Positions 1 to 9,589 of a DNA stretch of 19,824 nucleotides are shown one piece after another. The DNA comes from an uncultured bacterium. Its GTDB lineage: Bacteria > CSSED10-310 > CAZUFC01. The notes under the pieces are model-generated. The model was not told the DNA's origin. It saw only the letters and a list, made by a program, of their open reading frames with translations, and searched no databases. The translations under genes were made by a program, and so were the position numbers. Numbering within the stretch: the first letter of the stretch is position 1; each line of letters starts with the position of its first letter. The stretch lies in assembly GCA_964619725.1 (NCBI GenBank), contig CAZUFC010000139.1, forward strand, positions 1-19,824. Direction: 5' to 3'.

Positions 1-123
1 GACCTTCATTTTTAATTGGTTTTACTTGGATCCACACACAGCGGAAAAAGCTCGTTAAAGGCGCAAATGTCGCTGAAGGAGCAGGCGGATTGGATGATCG
101 GGAAGGAAAGGCGACGGGTCGGC

Positions 124-152
124 TTGAAAATCGTTTAAACAGACTCTAATAT
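124..152 (+). promoter_or_regulatory. possible sigma70 promoter upstream of the peptidase gene
   Basis: TTGAAA (124-129), 17-nt spacer, TAATAT (147-152). Confidence 0.3.
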
Positions 153-360
153 TGTTTCTGCTGCGGTGCTGCGGAGACATATTCGCTTTAACGGGAATCT
201 GAGAGGCGTAAAGAGGGCAGAGGATTGCAGGATGTCGTGTTGAGCCGGGTTTTATTCTGGATATTAACGGAAGGAGCCTGCCGGAGATGACAGTTAAGGT
301 TTTTAGATTAAAGGATTTGAGGTTAGTTTGCATCAGTGCGTGAGAGGGAAGGAGAGCGAG

Positions 361-1557
361 ATGAGCGATGGAGCTGGGGGAAGAATCGAAAAGATCAAAG
401 AGGCAATGCAGAGGCTTGATATAAATGGATGGCTTTTGTATGGGAAGCCCGGAGGGAATCCAATAGCTGCGAAAGTGTTGGGTTTTGAAGGAAAGCATCT
501 GTCCCGGCCGTGGTATTGGTGGATACCTGCAGAAGGCGAGCCTGCATTCATCGTCAGCGTAATAGAAAGCGACCGGTTTGAATCCCTGGGATACCCGATT
601 TTCGGCTGCAGGTCCTGGCGAGAATTGCATGATATTTTAAAAAGGGAGCTGAGCGGCGAAAGCAAAATCGCCATGGAATATTCTCCTTCGAATCGAATTC
701 CGGCCGTATCCTATGTGGACGGAGGAGTGATAGAATTATTAACCGGTTTCGGTTTAGAAATAGTAAGTTCCGGGGATTTGCTGCAGGAGGTTTTCTGCCG
801 GTGGAGCGATGAGCAGTTGGAGTCTCATAAGCGTTCGGCTCGCAGACTGGAGCAGATAGTGAACGAATCGTATGATTTCATCCTGGACCGCTGCGACCGG
901 AAGCTCCAGGTTACGGAACGCGATATTCAGTCATTTATAATGAGCCGATTCGAGAAAAGCGGCTTGAAAACGGATTTTATGCCCATCGTTGCATTTGAGG
1001 GCAATTCGGGCAATCCTCATTATGAGCCTCCGCAACATCGGTCGGCAGCTTTAAAAGAGGGAAATTTAATTCTGATCGATCTTTGGGCCAGGGAAGCAAA
1101 AAGAGACATGCCTTATGCCGATATAACGAAGATGTCGTCATTGGGCGAGCCGATGCAGCGAGAAGCGGACAAGATTTTCGGAATCGTAAGGAAGGCTCGC
1201 GACCGGGGCGTTGAATTCATCCGGAGCTCTTTAGCGGAAGGCAGGCGAATAAGGGGATATGAAGTGGATTCGGAGGTTCGTAAAGTTATCGAAGCTGCAG
1301 GGTACGGGGAATATTTTATTCACAGGACGGGTCACAACCTGGGTTTCGATTCGGCGCACGGCGCGGGAGCGAACTTTGACGATCTTGAAACCCATGATGA
1401 TCGTGAGATACTTTCCCAAATGGGATTCACGATTGAGCCGGGAATATACTTGGAGGATTTTGGAGTAAGAAGTGAGATCAATATCGTGTTGGAGGGGGAA
1501 AAATGCGTCGTCACGACTGATCCCCAGGCGGAGATCACTTTAATCAAGAGCAGATGA
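361..1557 (+). CDS. M24-family Xaa-Pro aminopeptidase/dipeptidase (creatinase-like N-domain + pita-bread catalytic domain)
   Basis: Metal-ligand motifs: LIDLW..YADIT, HRTGHNLG...H, FTIEPGIY..GVRSE. ATG at 361 preceded by GGAAGGAG is preferred over the TTG at 328. Confidence 0.9.
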   Translation: MSDGAGGRIEKIKEAMQRLDINGWLLYGKPGGNPIAAKVLGFEGKHLSRPWYWWIPAEGEPAFIVSVIESDRFESLGYPIFGCRSWRELHDILKRELSGESKIAMEYSPSNRIPAVSYVDGGVIELLTGFGLEIVSSGDLLQEVFCRWSDEQLESHKRSARRLEQIVNESYDFILDRCDRKLQVTERDIQSFIMSRFEKSGLKTDFMPIVAFEGNSGNPHYEPPQHRSAALKEGNLILIDLWAREAKRDMPYADITKMSSLGEPMQREADKIFGIVRKARDRGVEFIRSSLAEGRRIRGYEVDSEVRKVIEAAGYGEYFIHRTGHNLGFDSAHGAGANFDDLETHDDREILSQMGFTIEPGIYLEDFGVRSEINIVLEGEKCVVTTDPQAEITLIKSR

Positions 1558-2414
1558 AGGATGGTGACATGGCAAATTTAAAGGACAAACTAAAGGAATC
1601 ACTGGATTATTTAAAGGAACGCATTGAAATAATGCCGGAGATAGGCGTTATTTTGGGTTCAGGATTAGGCCCTTTTGCTGAGAGCGTAAGAGAGCGAAGA
1701 GCTGATGTTCCGTTCGGGGATATTCCCTATTTTCGTCATGCGGGAGTGGAAGGACACGAAGGCAATCTGGCAGCGGGAATTTTTGACGGCGTGCCGTTGG
1801 CGATTCTTCAAGGAAGATATCATTATTATGAAGGACATGCGATGGAAGATGTGGTTTACCCGGTGCAATTGTTGGGATTGTGGGGCATCAGGGTTCTGAT
1901 CGTGACCAACGCTGCGGGCGGAATCAACGAGAATTTTATTCCCGGAGACCTGATGATGATAAGGGATCACATCAACATGATGGGCGTTGATCCGTTGCGC
2001 GGAGGGTCCGCTTCGAGTCTGGGCCCTTATTTTCCAGATTTGACTGAAGCGTATTCTCCTTTCTATTCGGACATACTGGAGGAAGCAGCGAAAGAAACAG
2101 GGATAAAGCTACAAAAGGGCGTTTATGCGGCCCGTTCCGGTCCCAGCTATGAGACGCCGGCCGAGATTAAAATGCTCAGGAGGTTGGGAGCGGATGCCGT
2201 AGGTATGTCAACGGTCCCGGAAATAATTGCGGCCAATCAAATGGGGATTGATGCGATCGGCATTTCCTGTATAACGAATCAGGCGGCCGGCATGAGCGGC
2301 AAGAAGCTGAGTCATGCAGAAGTAAAGGAAACTGCGGACAGGGTTAGGATGAAATTTTCGAATTTGCTGGGAGTTTTCATACGCAAACTGGCGGAAAATC
2401 TCGGTGACGGATGA
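1554..2414 (+). CDS. punA: purine nucleoside phosphorylase, trimeric PNP-I/XapA type
   Basis: ILGSGLG, GHEG, QGRYHYYEG, TNAAGG, GPSYETPAE, DAVGMSTVPE, SCITN motifs; ATGA overlap with the upstream stop (alternative start 1569). Confidence 0.93.
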   Translation: MKDGDMANLKDKLKESLDYLKERIEIMPEIGVILGSGLGPFAESVRERRADVPFGDIPYFRHAGVEGHEGNLAAGIFDGVPLAILQGRYHYYEGHAMEDVVYPVQLLGLWGIRVLIVTNAAGGINENFIPGDLMMIRDHINMMGVDPLRGGSASSLGPYFPDLTEAYSPFYSDILEEAAKETGIKLQKGVYAARSGPSYETPAEIKMLRRLGADAVGMSTVPEIIAANQMGIDAIGISCITNQAAGMSGKKLSHAEVKETADRVRMKFSNLLGVFIRKLAENLGDG

Positions 2415-2502
2415 GCGTGACGTTCTACGGTACTGTTACAGCTTACCGGGAAAATAGAGATTGGAATAAGGCGGAAACGGATGCTTGTTTTAGCCGAATG
2501 GA

Positions 2503-3591
2503 GTGCGGGGATACTTGAAAAAGGATGTGCTTAAAGCTGAAGGGCTCTGCTCGTATATTGCGGTTAAGGAAGGATTGTTGCGGGCTGTAGAGGACGTGAG
2601 TTTATGCGTGCGAGAAAGCGAAATAGTAGGCGTTACCGGCGAATCGGGGGCCGGTAAGTCACGCCTGGCCGCTGCCCTGACGGGAATGGACCTCGAACCG
2701 CCCGGTACGGTCAAGGGCCGGTTGTGGTGGTACGGCTGTAATGTGCTGGAGGACATTGAACGATTCACGGAAGTTCAACGGCGGGGGAAGGAGATACGCA
2801 TTAAAAAGGACCACAAGAAGTGGGATAAAGTCATTCCCCAAAGATTCGCCGCACTGAGAGGCCGGACGTTTTCCATGATATTTCAGGAGTCTCAACGTTA
2901 TTTATCGCCTTATCTTACCGTGCGGGAACATTTGAATGAGGTTTTAAAACGGACGGAAAAGAACGACGGAGACGGTTATATTCAGAGGCTGCTGGAAAGA
3001 GTTGGATTGCCTTTTCATGAAGAGCTGATGAACAGTTATCCTCATCAGTTAAGCGGAGGAATGTGTCAGCGGCTATATATCGCAATGGCGGCGGCTTCAG
3101 GACCTAAAATGATAATAGCCGATGAACCCACGGCATCGCTCGACGTGACAGGTCAGGCTGTCGTCAATGAATATTTTGACTTCCTGAAAGAAAAAGGACT
3201 GTCAATCCTGTACATTTCTCACAATCTGGCTGCCCTGGCCTCGTGCGCCGATTGGATGATCGTTCTTTACGGCGGAATGATCATGGAAGAATTTCCCGTA
3301 ATTTATTCGTTTGAAGATAAAATCCATCATCCTTATACGAAATCCTTATGGCGACTCTTTAAGCGTATGGGAGGGAAAGAAGATGACGGGCGCAGGTTGC
3401 CGACGTTGCCGGGGGAACCGCACAAGGAAAGGTTCGGCATCCAGGGGTGCGTTTTTTCGGATAGATGCCTTCTTAAGCGTCGTTTGCCTTCTGAAAAACA
3501 AAGAAAATGCGAATCGGAAACTCCTCCGTTGAAAAGAAGCGCGACTGAAGTTTCGGCTTGCCGGTGTTGGTGGAGTCACCCGGGGCATTGA
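2503..3591 (+). CDS. oligopeptide/dipeptide-type ABC transporter ATP-binding protein (OppD/DppD family)
   Basis: Walker A GESGAGKS, Q-loop IFQE, signature LSGGMCQR, Walker B IIADEPT, H-loop ISH, C-terminal HPYT...GCVFSDRC...C...CRC domain; start uncertain (GTG 2503 or 2527). Confidence 0.88.
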   Translation: MRGYLKKDVLKAEGLCSYIAVKEGLLRAVEDVSLCVRESEIVGVTGESGAGKSRLAAALTGMDLEPPGTVKGRLWWYGCNVLEDIERFTEVQRRGKEIRIKKDHKKWDKVIPQRFAALRGRTFSMIFQESQRYLSPYLTVREHLNEVLKRTEKNDGDGYIQRLLERVGLPFHEELMNSYPHQLSGGMCQRLYIAMAAASGPKMIIADEPTASLDVTGQAVVNEYFDFLKEKGLSILYISHNLAALASCADWMIVLYGGMIMEEFPVIYSFEDKIHHPYTKSLWRLFKRMGGKEDDGRRLPTLPGEPHKERFGIQGCVFSDRCLLKRRLPSEKQRKCESETPPLKRSATEVSACRCWWSHPGH

Positions 3592-3708
3592 AAATGTGTC
3601 GTAATATGTTTATGATTTATTAATTCTCGCTGTGCGGGAATTGACGGGTCCGCAGCGCGGAAACGATCATACTGCAACTATGGAAATTAATTTTTTGAGG
3701 GTGGAATC

Positions 3709-4302
3709 ATGATACTAATCAGACGTTACGCAAACAGGAAATTATATGATACCAAACACAGCCGATACGTTACGTTAAAGGACCTGAGGAGCATGGTTCA
3801 GAAGGGAGAGGATGTTCAGATCATCGATAACGAGACGGGAGAAGACATTACGCAACAGACGCTGGCGAATATATTAATTCAAATCGAAAAACAGAAAAAG
3901 GATTCTGTGCCTCATGAAGTCCTGATTGAGCTCGTCAGAACGGGCGGTGAGTCCGTAATGGGATATTTTAAAAAGTCTATTAATGCAGGCGTAAACGTCT
4001 TCGGTCAGCTCGAATCGGAAATAAAAAGTTTCACCTCAAAGCTCCTCGATATGGGAATCGTATCGAAGGAAGAAAAAGAAACGCTGGAAAAAAGAATTCC
4101 GACGTGGATTGAAAACAGGCAAAAAGAGGTTGAAAAATTCATCGAAGCAAGTTTCAGCAAAGCCTACAAGAGCGTCAAACCCGCAACGTCGCGGGATATG
4201 GAGACGTTAAGAAAAAAAATAGAGCTTCTGCAAAAGAAGATGGAAAAACTGGAATCTGTTCTGGAGAAGAGAAATGGGCAAAAAATCGACGAAAAAGGAT
4301 AG
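3709..4302 (+). CDS. phaR: PhaR-type polyhydroxyalkanoate regulator (PHB_acc_N DNA-binding domain) with phasin-like coiled-coil C-terminus
   Basis: N-terminus IRRYANRKLYDTKHSRYVTL..L...V..GEDVQIIDNETGEDIT is the PhaR DNA-binding signature; RBS GAGG upstream. Confidence 0.82.
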   Translation: MILIRRYANRKLYDTKHSRYVTLKDLRSMVQKGEDVQIIDNETGEDITQQTLANILIQIEKQKKDSVPHEVLIELVRTGGESVMGYFKKSINAGVNVFGQLESEIKSFTSKLLDMGIVSKEEKETLEKRIPTWIENRQKEVEKFIEASFSKAYKSVKPATSRDMETLRKKIELLQKKMEKLESVLEKRNGQKIDEKG

Positions 4303-4648
4303 TATAACGGGACCGGTATTTAATTTGCTGAAAGACCTTTTCAATTATGGAAAAGATACGGTAAACCAGGCTGAAGAAGAGACGGAAAAGTTCATAAGGG
4401 CCGTCATGGATAAGGCGCAGGCGACCGAAGATGAAGCGGAAAAGGTGTTAAAAGAGTTCATATTAAGATTGCAGGATAACCGTCGGATTATGATGACTCA
4501 ACTCGAATCGGGCATGCAGAATTTCTTTCAAATGATGAAACTGGCATCTCAGGATGAAGTTCATCGGATGCAAAATGAAGTAGAGGGTATGACTGACAGA
4601 ATTGACAGGATAATTGAACGGTTGGAAAGGGACGGAAAAGAGGTTTAA
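4274..4648 (+). CDS. phasin-like (PhaF/PhaI-type) PHA granule-associated helical protein
   Basis: All-helical acidic protein ending in the LASQDEV..M...V..M..RID..IERLE pattern typical of this family; overlaps phaR. Confidence 0.6.
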   Translation: MGKKSTKKDSITGPVFNLLKDLFNYGKDTVNQAEEETEKFIRAVMDKAQATEDEAEKVLKEFILRLQDNRRIMMTQLESGMQNFFQMMKLASQDEVHRMQNEVEGMTDRIDRIIERLERDGKEV

Positions 4649-4672
4649 ACGGACATATAAATTCCGGTAGTG

Positions 4673-6052
4673 ATGGACGCGGCGAAGAGCAACAGCAGAA
4701 GAATCTGGCTATTCATATTATTAATGAGTTTAGGAGTGCATCTTTTTTCAGTCGTTACCATTTTGCATCATTTGAAGTTTGCATCCGTTTTTCCCCTGGA
4801 AATACAGCCGGTTCAAAACGCGCCCGATTTACGGAAAATTATGAAGGCGGGTGAGCGGATTCCGCTTCAGAAAAAAACGATTGAGGACATTTTCCGGTTA
4901 AAGAAGGAAGTTCAACCGGAGAAAAAGGGCAAGGTAGAGACGCGTCTTCACCAGATACCGAGAAGGAAGGGACGGTATTTTTTCGATAGACTTTTTGCTG
5001 AGCCTGTTGTTCTGAATCCCGGTTATGATTTTTTTCAATTTTACAAGAGCGGCATAGATTTCAGAGAGGGTTTGGGGATTTATGAGAACTACGGGGAGGA
5101 TGAGATTGAGAGGGCGGCGGAGCTGCAGTCATTGACGCCTTTTCATCATCCGAATCGTTATTTGCCTGTTTTCGCGGTACCGACAGGCATTGTATTTTCC
5201 CTTTTAACGCCCTGGAACGCTTATTTCTGGTGGCTGGTGATGCTGGAAGCTCTGCTGCTTTCATTCGCCTGGTATTTGTATAGAATGAGCGAGCGAGCGA
5301 GCGTTACGCCTGCGGCTCTATCGATGTTGTTTGGGTTCGTGCCGTTTTACCTGGAGTTGTATTTGGGACAGACGTCATTCATTGTCGGTTTATGTCTGGT
5401 TTTCATTATTGTGGGGATGGAAAAAAACAGAAGCATATTGACTGGAATCGCTTTTTTCATCGGCACGGCCATTAAGTTAATTCCCTTGTATCTGGGATTC
5501 TATTTTTTACGGAAAAGAAGATGGTTCACACTGATCTTACCGGTGTCGGCAGTCGTTGTGCTGTCGGGGCTATATTTTTTGGACCGGCCTGAGGATTTCG
5601 ATGTATTCTGGTCTTGGATGCTGGGTGAGGAGAAGGTGCCGAGTGTGAATTTTCGAGGCTTGATGGATTATTTTTTCCCGGAATGGAGCATTGCTGTCAT
5701 TTTGGCGCTGATTTTAGCCGGCGCTGCTTTAAGGACCTTCGGAAAAGAACCGCTGCGGCCGCATGCCGCTGTGTTGCTTTGGATTTCCGTTTATTTTCTG
5801 ACTTACAATCATGTGTGGCAACACCATTACAATTTATTTATTCCGCTATTCGCGTATCTTCTCATAAAAACAGGCGACCACCGCCTGTGGATACCGTTTA
5901 TTGCGACAGCGTTTCCTTCGCATGTTCTGGGTGGCGCCGGCGGCGGAAGAGCCCTGTCGCTGATACTGGTCAGAACGCCGAAAATCGCAGGCGTGCTGTG
6001 GATGTATTTTTATGCGATGCGGAAAAATGACGGATATGAAAATCAAAATTGA
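4673..6052 (+). CDS. GT-C fold membrane glycosyltransferase, GT87/DUF2029-like
   Basis: YDF..FY, YLP, LGQ, IKL.P and W.HHY motifs with about 10 hydrophobic segments; ~90-aa basic soluble loop after the first TM; start ATG 4673 (GTG 4670 alternative). Confidence 0.7.
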   Translation: MDAAKSNSRRIWLFILLMSLGVHLFSVVTILHHLKFASVFPLEIQPVQNAPDLRKIMKAGERIPLQKKTIEDIFRLKKEVQPEKKGKVETRLHQIPRRKGRYFFDRLFAEPVVLNPGYDFFQFYKSGIDFREGLGIYENYGEDEIERAAELQSLTPFHHPNRYLPVFAVPTGIVFSLLTPWNAYFWWLVMLEALLLSFAWYLYRMSERASVTPAALSMLFGFVPFYLELYLGQTSFIVGLCLVFIIVGMEKNRSILTGIAFFIGTAIKLIPLYLGFYFLRKRRWFTLILPVSAVVVLSGLYFLDRPEDFDVFWSWMLGEEKVPSVNFRGLMDYFFPEWSIAVILALILAGAALRTFGKEPLRPHAAVLLWISVYFLTYNHVWQHHYNLFIPLFAYLLIKTGDHRLWIPFIATAFPSHVLGGAGGGRALSLILVRTPKIAGVLWMYFYAMRKNDGYENQN

Positions 6053-8777
6053 GCAGAGACATTTAAGAGTCCCGGCTGTCCTGGCAGGATATTTTTTGTT
6101 GACGGTCATCATGACTTATCCGCTCGTCGTTGACTTTTTCACCGCTGTTCCGGGAGACGGAGGCGACGCTCCCGTATTTCTGAATAATCATTGGTGGACG
6201 AAGAAGGCGTTGACCGAGCTGCAGACGAATCCTTTTCATCATGAGTACAAATTTTATCCTGAGGGCGTCAGTTTGACTTTTCACACTTATACTTTTCTGA
6301 ACACGCTGTTGTCGCTGCCTCTGCAATTCGTAATCGGTACGATAGGGGCCTTTAATTCCGTTTATTTCCTTACTTTTATTCTTTCAGGATTCGGCATGTA
6401 TTGTTTGCTCAGGGAATTTCGCGCGCCGGTTTCCGCAGCCTTTTTTGCCGGTTGCGTTTACGCTTTCTGTCCCTATCGGACCGCGCATTCGCTGGGGTCT
6501 TTCAACCTTTTGACGACTCAGTGGTTCCCTTTCTATTTCATATATATAAGAAGGTCTTTTGACCGTCTGAAGATCAGGAATCTTTTTTCAATGTCGATAT
6601 TCCTGCTGCTTATAGGTCTGTCCGACCTAACCTATCTGATGTTCGCCCTCATGCTGATGGGATTCTACATAGCGTATCAGTTTGTTCGTCTGTTTATTTC
6701 CAGGCCCGCTTTCGTGGAAAAAGCCGACGAAACGGGACCGGACGCAAAATCAACGTCGCTTTTGCACGATTTAAAGCGTTGGCTTATTTTCAGTTGCCTT
6801 TGTACGGCATGTGCTGCTGCGGTCATTTCTCCCGTGTGGATTTCTGCATTGCTGGAATTGAAGGAGCAGGGAAATTACATTTCCAGTCCGTTAATCGATG
6901 CCGAGCGTTGGTCGGCCGATGTGGGCGCTTACTTGCTTCCCAGCATCTTTCATCCCATGATGGGCGGACTGACGCACCTTTTCAGGAACGTTTTCACCGG
7001 TTATCCAAGCGAATGGACCGTATTTCCGGGGTATATAACTGTGGGATTGAGCGTCATTTTTTTCCTGTTTTTTTCAAGGAGGCGTTCAGAGGGTAAAACG
7101 AGAGATTTATATTTCTTTTTGCTCATTGCCGTGATTTTTTTCATATTATCTTTGGGGCCGACCTTACAGATTTTCGGAAAGAAATATTTCGCCGGGCGCA
7201 TGCCGTTTTCCTGGTTATACTCTCTGCCCGCTGTATCCGGCGGAAGAATGCCGGCCCGTTATTCTCTTATGGTGATTTTCGGGTTGAGCATCTATGCCGG
7301 GTTGGGTTATCGCTGCGTTATCGATTTTTTATGCGGTTCTTTTGCCTGTAAACGCATAATGAAAGCGGCTTTGACTGCAGCTCTGCTGTATGAATTCTGG
7401 CCTTTTCCTTTGGAAGTTCAGAGGTTGGAGGTTCCGGACATCTACAGGGAAATAGCGCAGGAAGAGGGAGATTTTACTGTTCTGGAGGTTCCGATCGGGA
7501 TACGAAGCGGCACTTATGCAGACATGACGGAACGTTCTATTTACGAATATTATCAAACCGTGCATGAAAAAAGACTGTTAAGCGGTATGGCCGCGCGTCT
7601 CCCCTTCCGTCATATCAGTTACAGACGTTCTGTTCCGTTTATTTCCGATTTGTATAAAGCCGGCAAGGGGGAAATTGATTTTCCGGAAGTCGATCAGGAT
7701 TACAGGGCCGGCGCTTACAGGGTTCTGAGGTTCTTGAGCGTAAAATACATAATTCTTCACGAAGCTACGCCGGTGCACGGTTGGACAACAACCCGCGAAA
7801 TTCTGAAACAAATGCGTTCCTGGTTGTCCGATGTGCTGGCAAGAGAACCTGACAGGATTCTAAATCAAAGCCAGGGAAGCATCTATATATGGAAGCGGAA
7901 GGATTGGAACCGGCGCTCCGAAAAGAAAAGGAAAACAGTAGATTTCGGAACCAGGGAAGCCCGCATGCATCTTCCGGTTTCATGCGGACCGGAACGAAAT
8001 TGGGATGAGCATACATTAATCGTTTGCCATGGTGACGTTATCGACACGTTTATAAGATTTGACGAAAAGAGAGATCGAAAGGCGACGGCTGTCGTTTCTC
8101 CCTATTTTTTCTCCGACAGAATACCTGTTCCCTTTGAGATAAAAATATGTTCGGAAGAGGCTGAGTTAAAGGCCGTTTATTTGCGCGACAAGTGGGTGAA
8201 TGTGGAATTCGACTGGCCGGGCGAACAGCAGCGAACGGGCATGAATCGTTTGACGATCAGGAACATGAGCCGGCCGGAAACGATTGGAGAAACGGAGAGC
8301 TTTTCGCCCGTCAACATCACGGCCAGGAGCGGAATATGGAAAGATGAGCCGAGGGGCGACGTCTATCGGGCCGGAGTCAATGTGGCTTTACCGGTTGAAG
8401 GATTCCAGGCTGCAGTCATTGATGCGGAAAACGGCGCCGTACTATGGCAGCAGAGCTTTCAGGCAGAGGAAACGGATAAATTCAGGGATTCGCTGGATGA
8501 TACCCGGCGAGGCGCTATTGTTATTGTGCTTTATAAATCCGGCATCGCTATTCGAAACGGCCGGGAATGGGCTGAAGCGCTTCGACCGGCCGGCGGAGGA
8601 AAAGACGGCCCTTCAGGAAAGGGCATGATTTTCATCGGCGTAATGGGTGCGGATGAAGATACTGCTGTTCAAAGCTATCAGGAAGAGCTGTCGGTCGTGC
8701 ATATTGCCGGAAAAAATTCGAAGACGGCAGCTCCTTTGCTCCTGGATACTATTTCAATTGAAAATTATGAATTTTAG
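6036..8777 (+). CDS. large polytopic GT-C/YfhO-like membrane protein with C-terminal ILEI/PANDER-like domain
   Basis: GDGGD....NHWW, FYP.G.SL, AFCPYR, ILSLGP, R.PARY, YYQTVH.K.L..G motifs; C-terminal GFQAAVID...G.V....SF...GAIVIV...FIG resembles ILEI; ATG 6036 overlaps the upstream gene (6012/6027 alternatives). Confidence 0.62.
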   Translation: MKIKIEQRHLRVPAVLAGYFLLTVIMTYPLVVDFFTAVPGDGGDAPVFLNNHWWTKKALTELQTNPFHHEYKFYPEGVSLTFHTYTFLNTLLSLPLQFVIGTIGAFNSVYFLTFILSGFGMYCLLREFRAPVSAAFFAGCVYAFCPYRTAHSLGSFNLLTTQWFPFYFIYIRRSFDRLKIRNLFSMSIFLLLIGLSDLTYLMFALMLMGFYIAYQFVRLFISRPAFVEKADETGPDAKSTSLLHDLKRWLIFSCLCTACAAAVISPVWISALLELKEQGNYISSPLIDAERWSADVGAYLLPSIFHPMMGGLTHLFRNVFTGYPSEWTVFPGYITVGLSVIFFLFFSRRRSEGKTRDLYFFLLIAVIFFILSLGPTLQIFGKKYFAGRMPFSWLYSLPAVSGGRMPARYSLMVIFGLSIYAGLGYRCVIDFLCGSFACKRIMKAALTAALLYEFWPFPLEVQRLEVPDIYREIAQEEGDFTVLEVPIGIRSGTYADMTERSIYEYYQTVHEKRLLSGMAARLPFRHISYRRSVPFISDLYKAGKGEIDFPEVDQDYRAGAYRVLRFLSVKYIILHEATPVHGWTTTREILKQMRSWLSDVLAREPDRILNQSQGSIYIWKRKDWNRRSEKKRKTVDFGTREARMHLPVSCGPERNWDEHTLIVCHGDVIDTFIRFDEKRDRKATAVVSPYFFSDRIPVPFEIKICSEEAELKAVYLRDKWVNVEFDWPGEQQRTGMNRLTIRNMSRPETIGETESFSPVNITARSGIWKDEPRGDVYRAGVNVALPVEGFQAAVIDAENGAVLWQQSFQAEETDKFRDSLDDTRRGAIVIVLYKSGIAIRNGREWAEALRPAGGGKDGPSGKGMIFIGVMGADEDTAVQSYQEELSVVHIAGKNSKTAAPLLLDTISIENYEF

Positions 8778-8842
8778 GTTAATATTAGAGGCGGCGGCGA
8801 TGATTTTCTTGATTTTTATACTTCGGTGCGGGAGGAATTCCA

Positions 8843-9559
8843 GTGTTTCCCATTAAAGATTCCGTAAGATCGGAAAAATGGCCTGTGGTCACTATAATTC
8901 TGATAGGATTGAACGGGCTTGCGTTTTTATATGAATTGAGCCTGGGGCCGCACCTGCAGGAATTCATCAAAGCCAGGGCATTGATTCCGTTCAGATTTAC
9001 AGCGCTCATTCGTGAAGGATATTTCGGTGTGGCGTTTTTACAGGTTTTAACGAGCATGTTTCTTCATGGCGGGTGGTTTCATTTGATTGGAAACATGTGG
9101 TTTCTATGGATTTTCGGGGACAATGTCGAGGACAGAATGGGCCATTTTCGATTCATCATTTTTTACCTTTTATGCGGAATCATCTCATCACTCGTTCAAA
9201 TTGCGACGGCTCCTCAGTCCATGATACCGAATGTGGGGGCGAGCGGCGCTATTGCGGGGGCGCTTGCCGCTTACATGATTTTTTTTCCGAGGTCCCGGGT
9301 TTATACGGTCATATTTCTGTTTTTTTTCATTGAGATCATACAATTGCCTGCCTTTATTTTCCTGGGCATCTGGTTTTTAATGCAACTGGTCAGCGGTGTA
9401 GGCAGCCTGGGAGCAGCGACGGTGAATCAGACAGGGGGAATTGCCTGGTTTGCTCATATCGGAGGATTTGCCGCCGGATTCATATTAGGTCCGATAATGG
9501 GATACCGTTCCAGGAAGAAGAGGCGAAGGATATATCAGGATGAATATTTTCCCTGGTAG
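8843..9559 (+). CDS. rhomboid-family intramembrane serine protease
   Basis: TSMFLHGGWFHLIGNM, FGDNVEDRMG, catalytic GASGA and AHIGGF; GTG start with GGAGG RBS. Confidence 0.93.
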   Translation: MFPIKDSVRSEKWPVVTIILIGLNGLAFLYELSLGPHLQEFIKARALIPFRFTALIREGYFGVAFLQVLTSMFLHGGWFHLIGNMWFLWIFGDNVEDRMGHFRFIIFYLLCGIISSLVQIATAPQSMIPNVGASGAIAGALAAYMIFFPRSRVYTVIFLFFFIEIIQLPAFIFLGIWFLMQLVSGVGSLGAATVNQTGGIAWFAHIGGFAAGFILGPIMGYRSRKKRRRIYQDEYFPW

Positions 9560-9589
9560 ACATTTTGATATTGAAAGGAGGGAATTTCA

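Noticed and set aside
1-9. Start of a divergent - strand gene (ATG at 9)
   Set aside because: Only three codons are visible; cannot be supported
55-674. Antisense ORFs 55..630 and 333..674, and similar short shadow ORFs across the window
   Set aside because: They overlap well-supported genes and show no recognisable motifs
2428-2448. Hairpin after the PNP TGA stop as a SECIS
   Set aside because: PNP is complete and a second in-frame TGA follows two codons later
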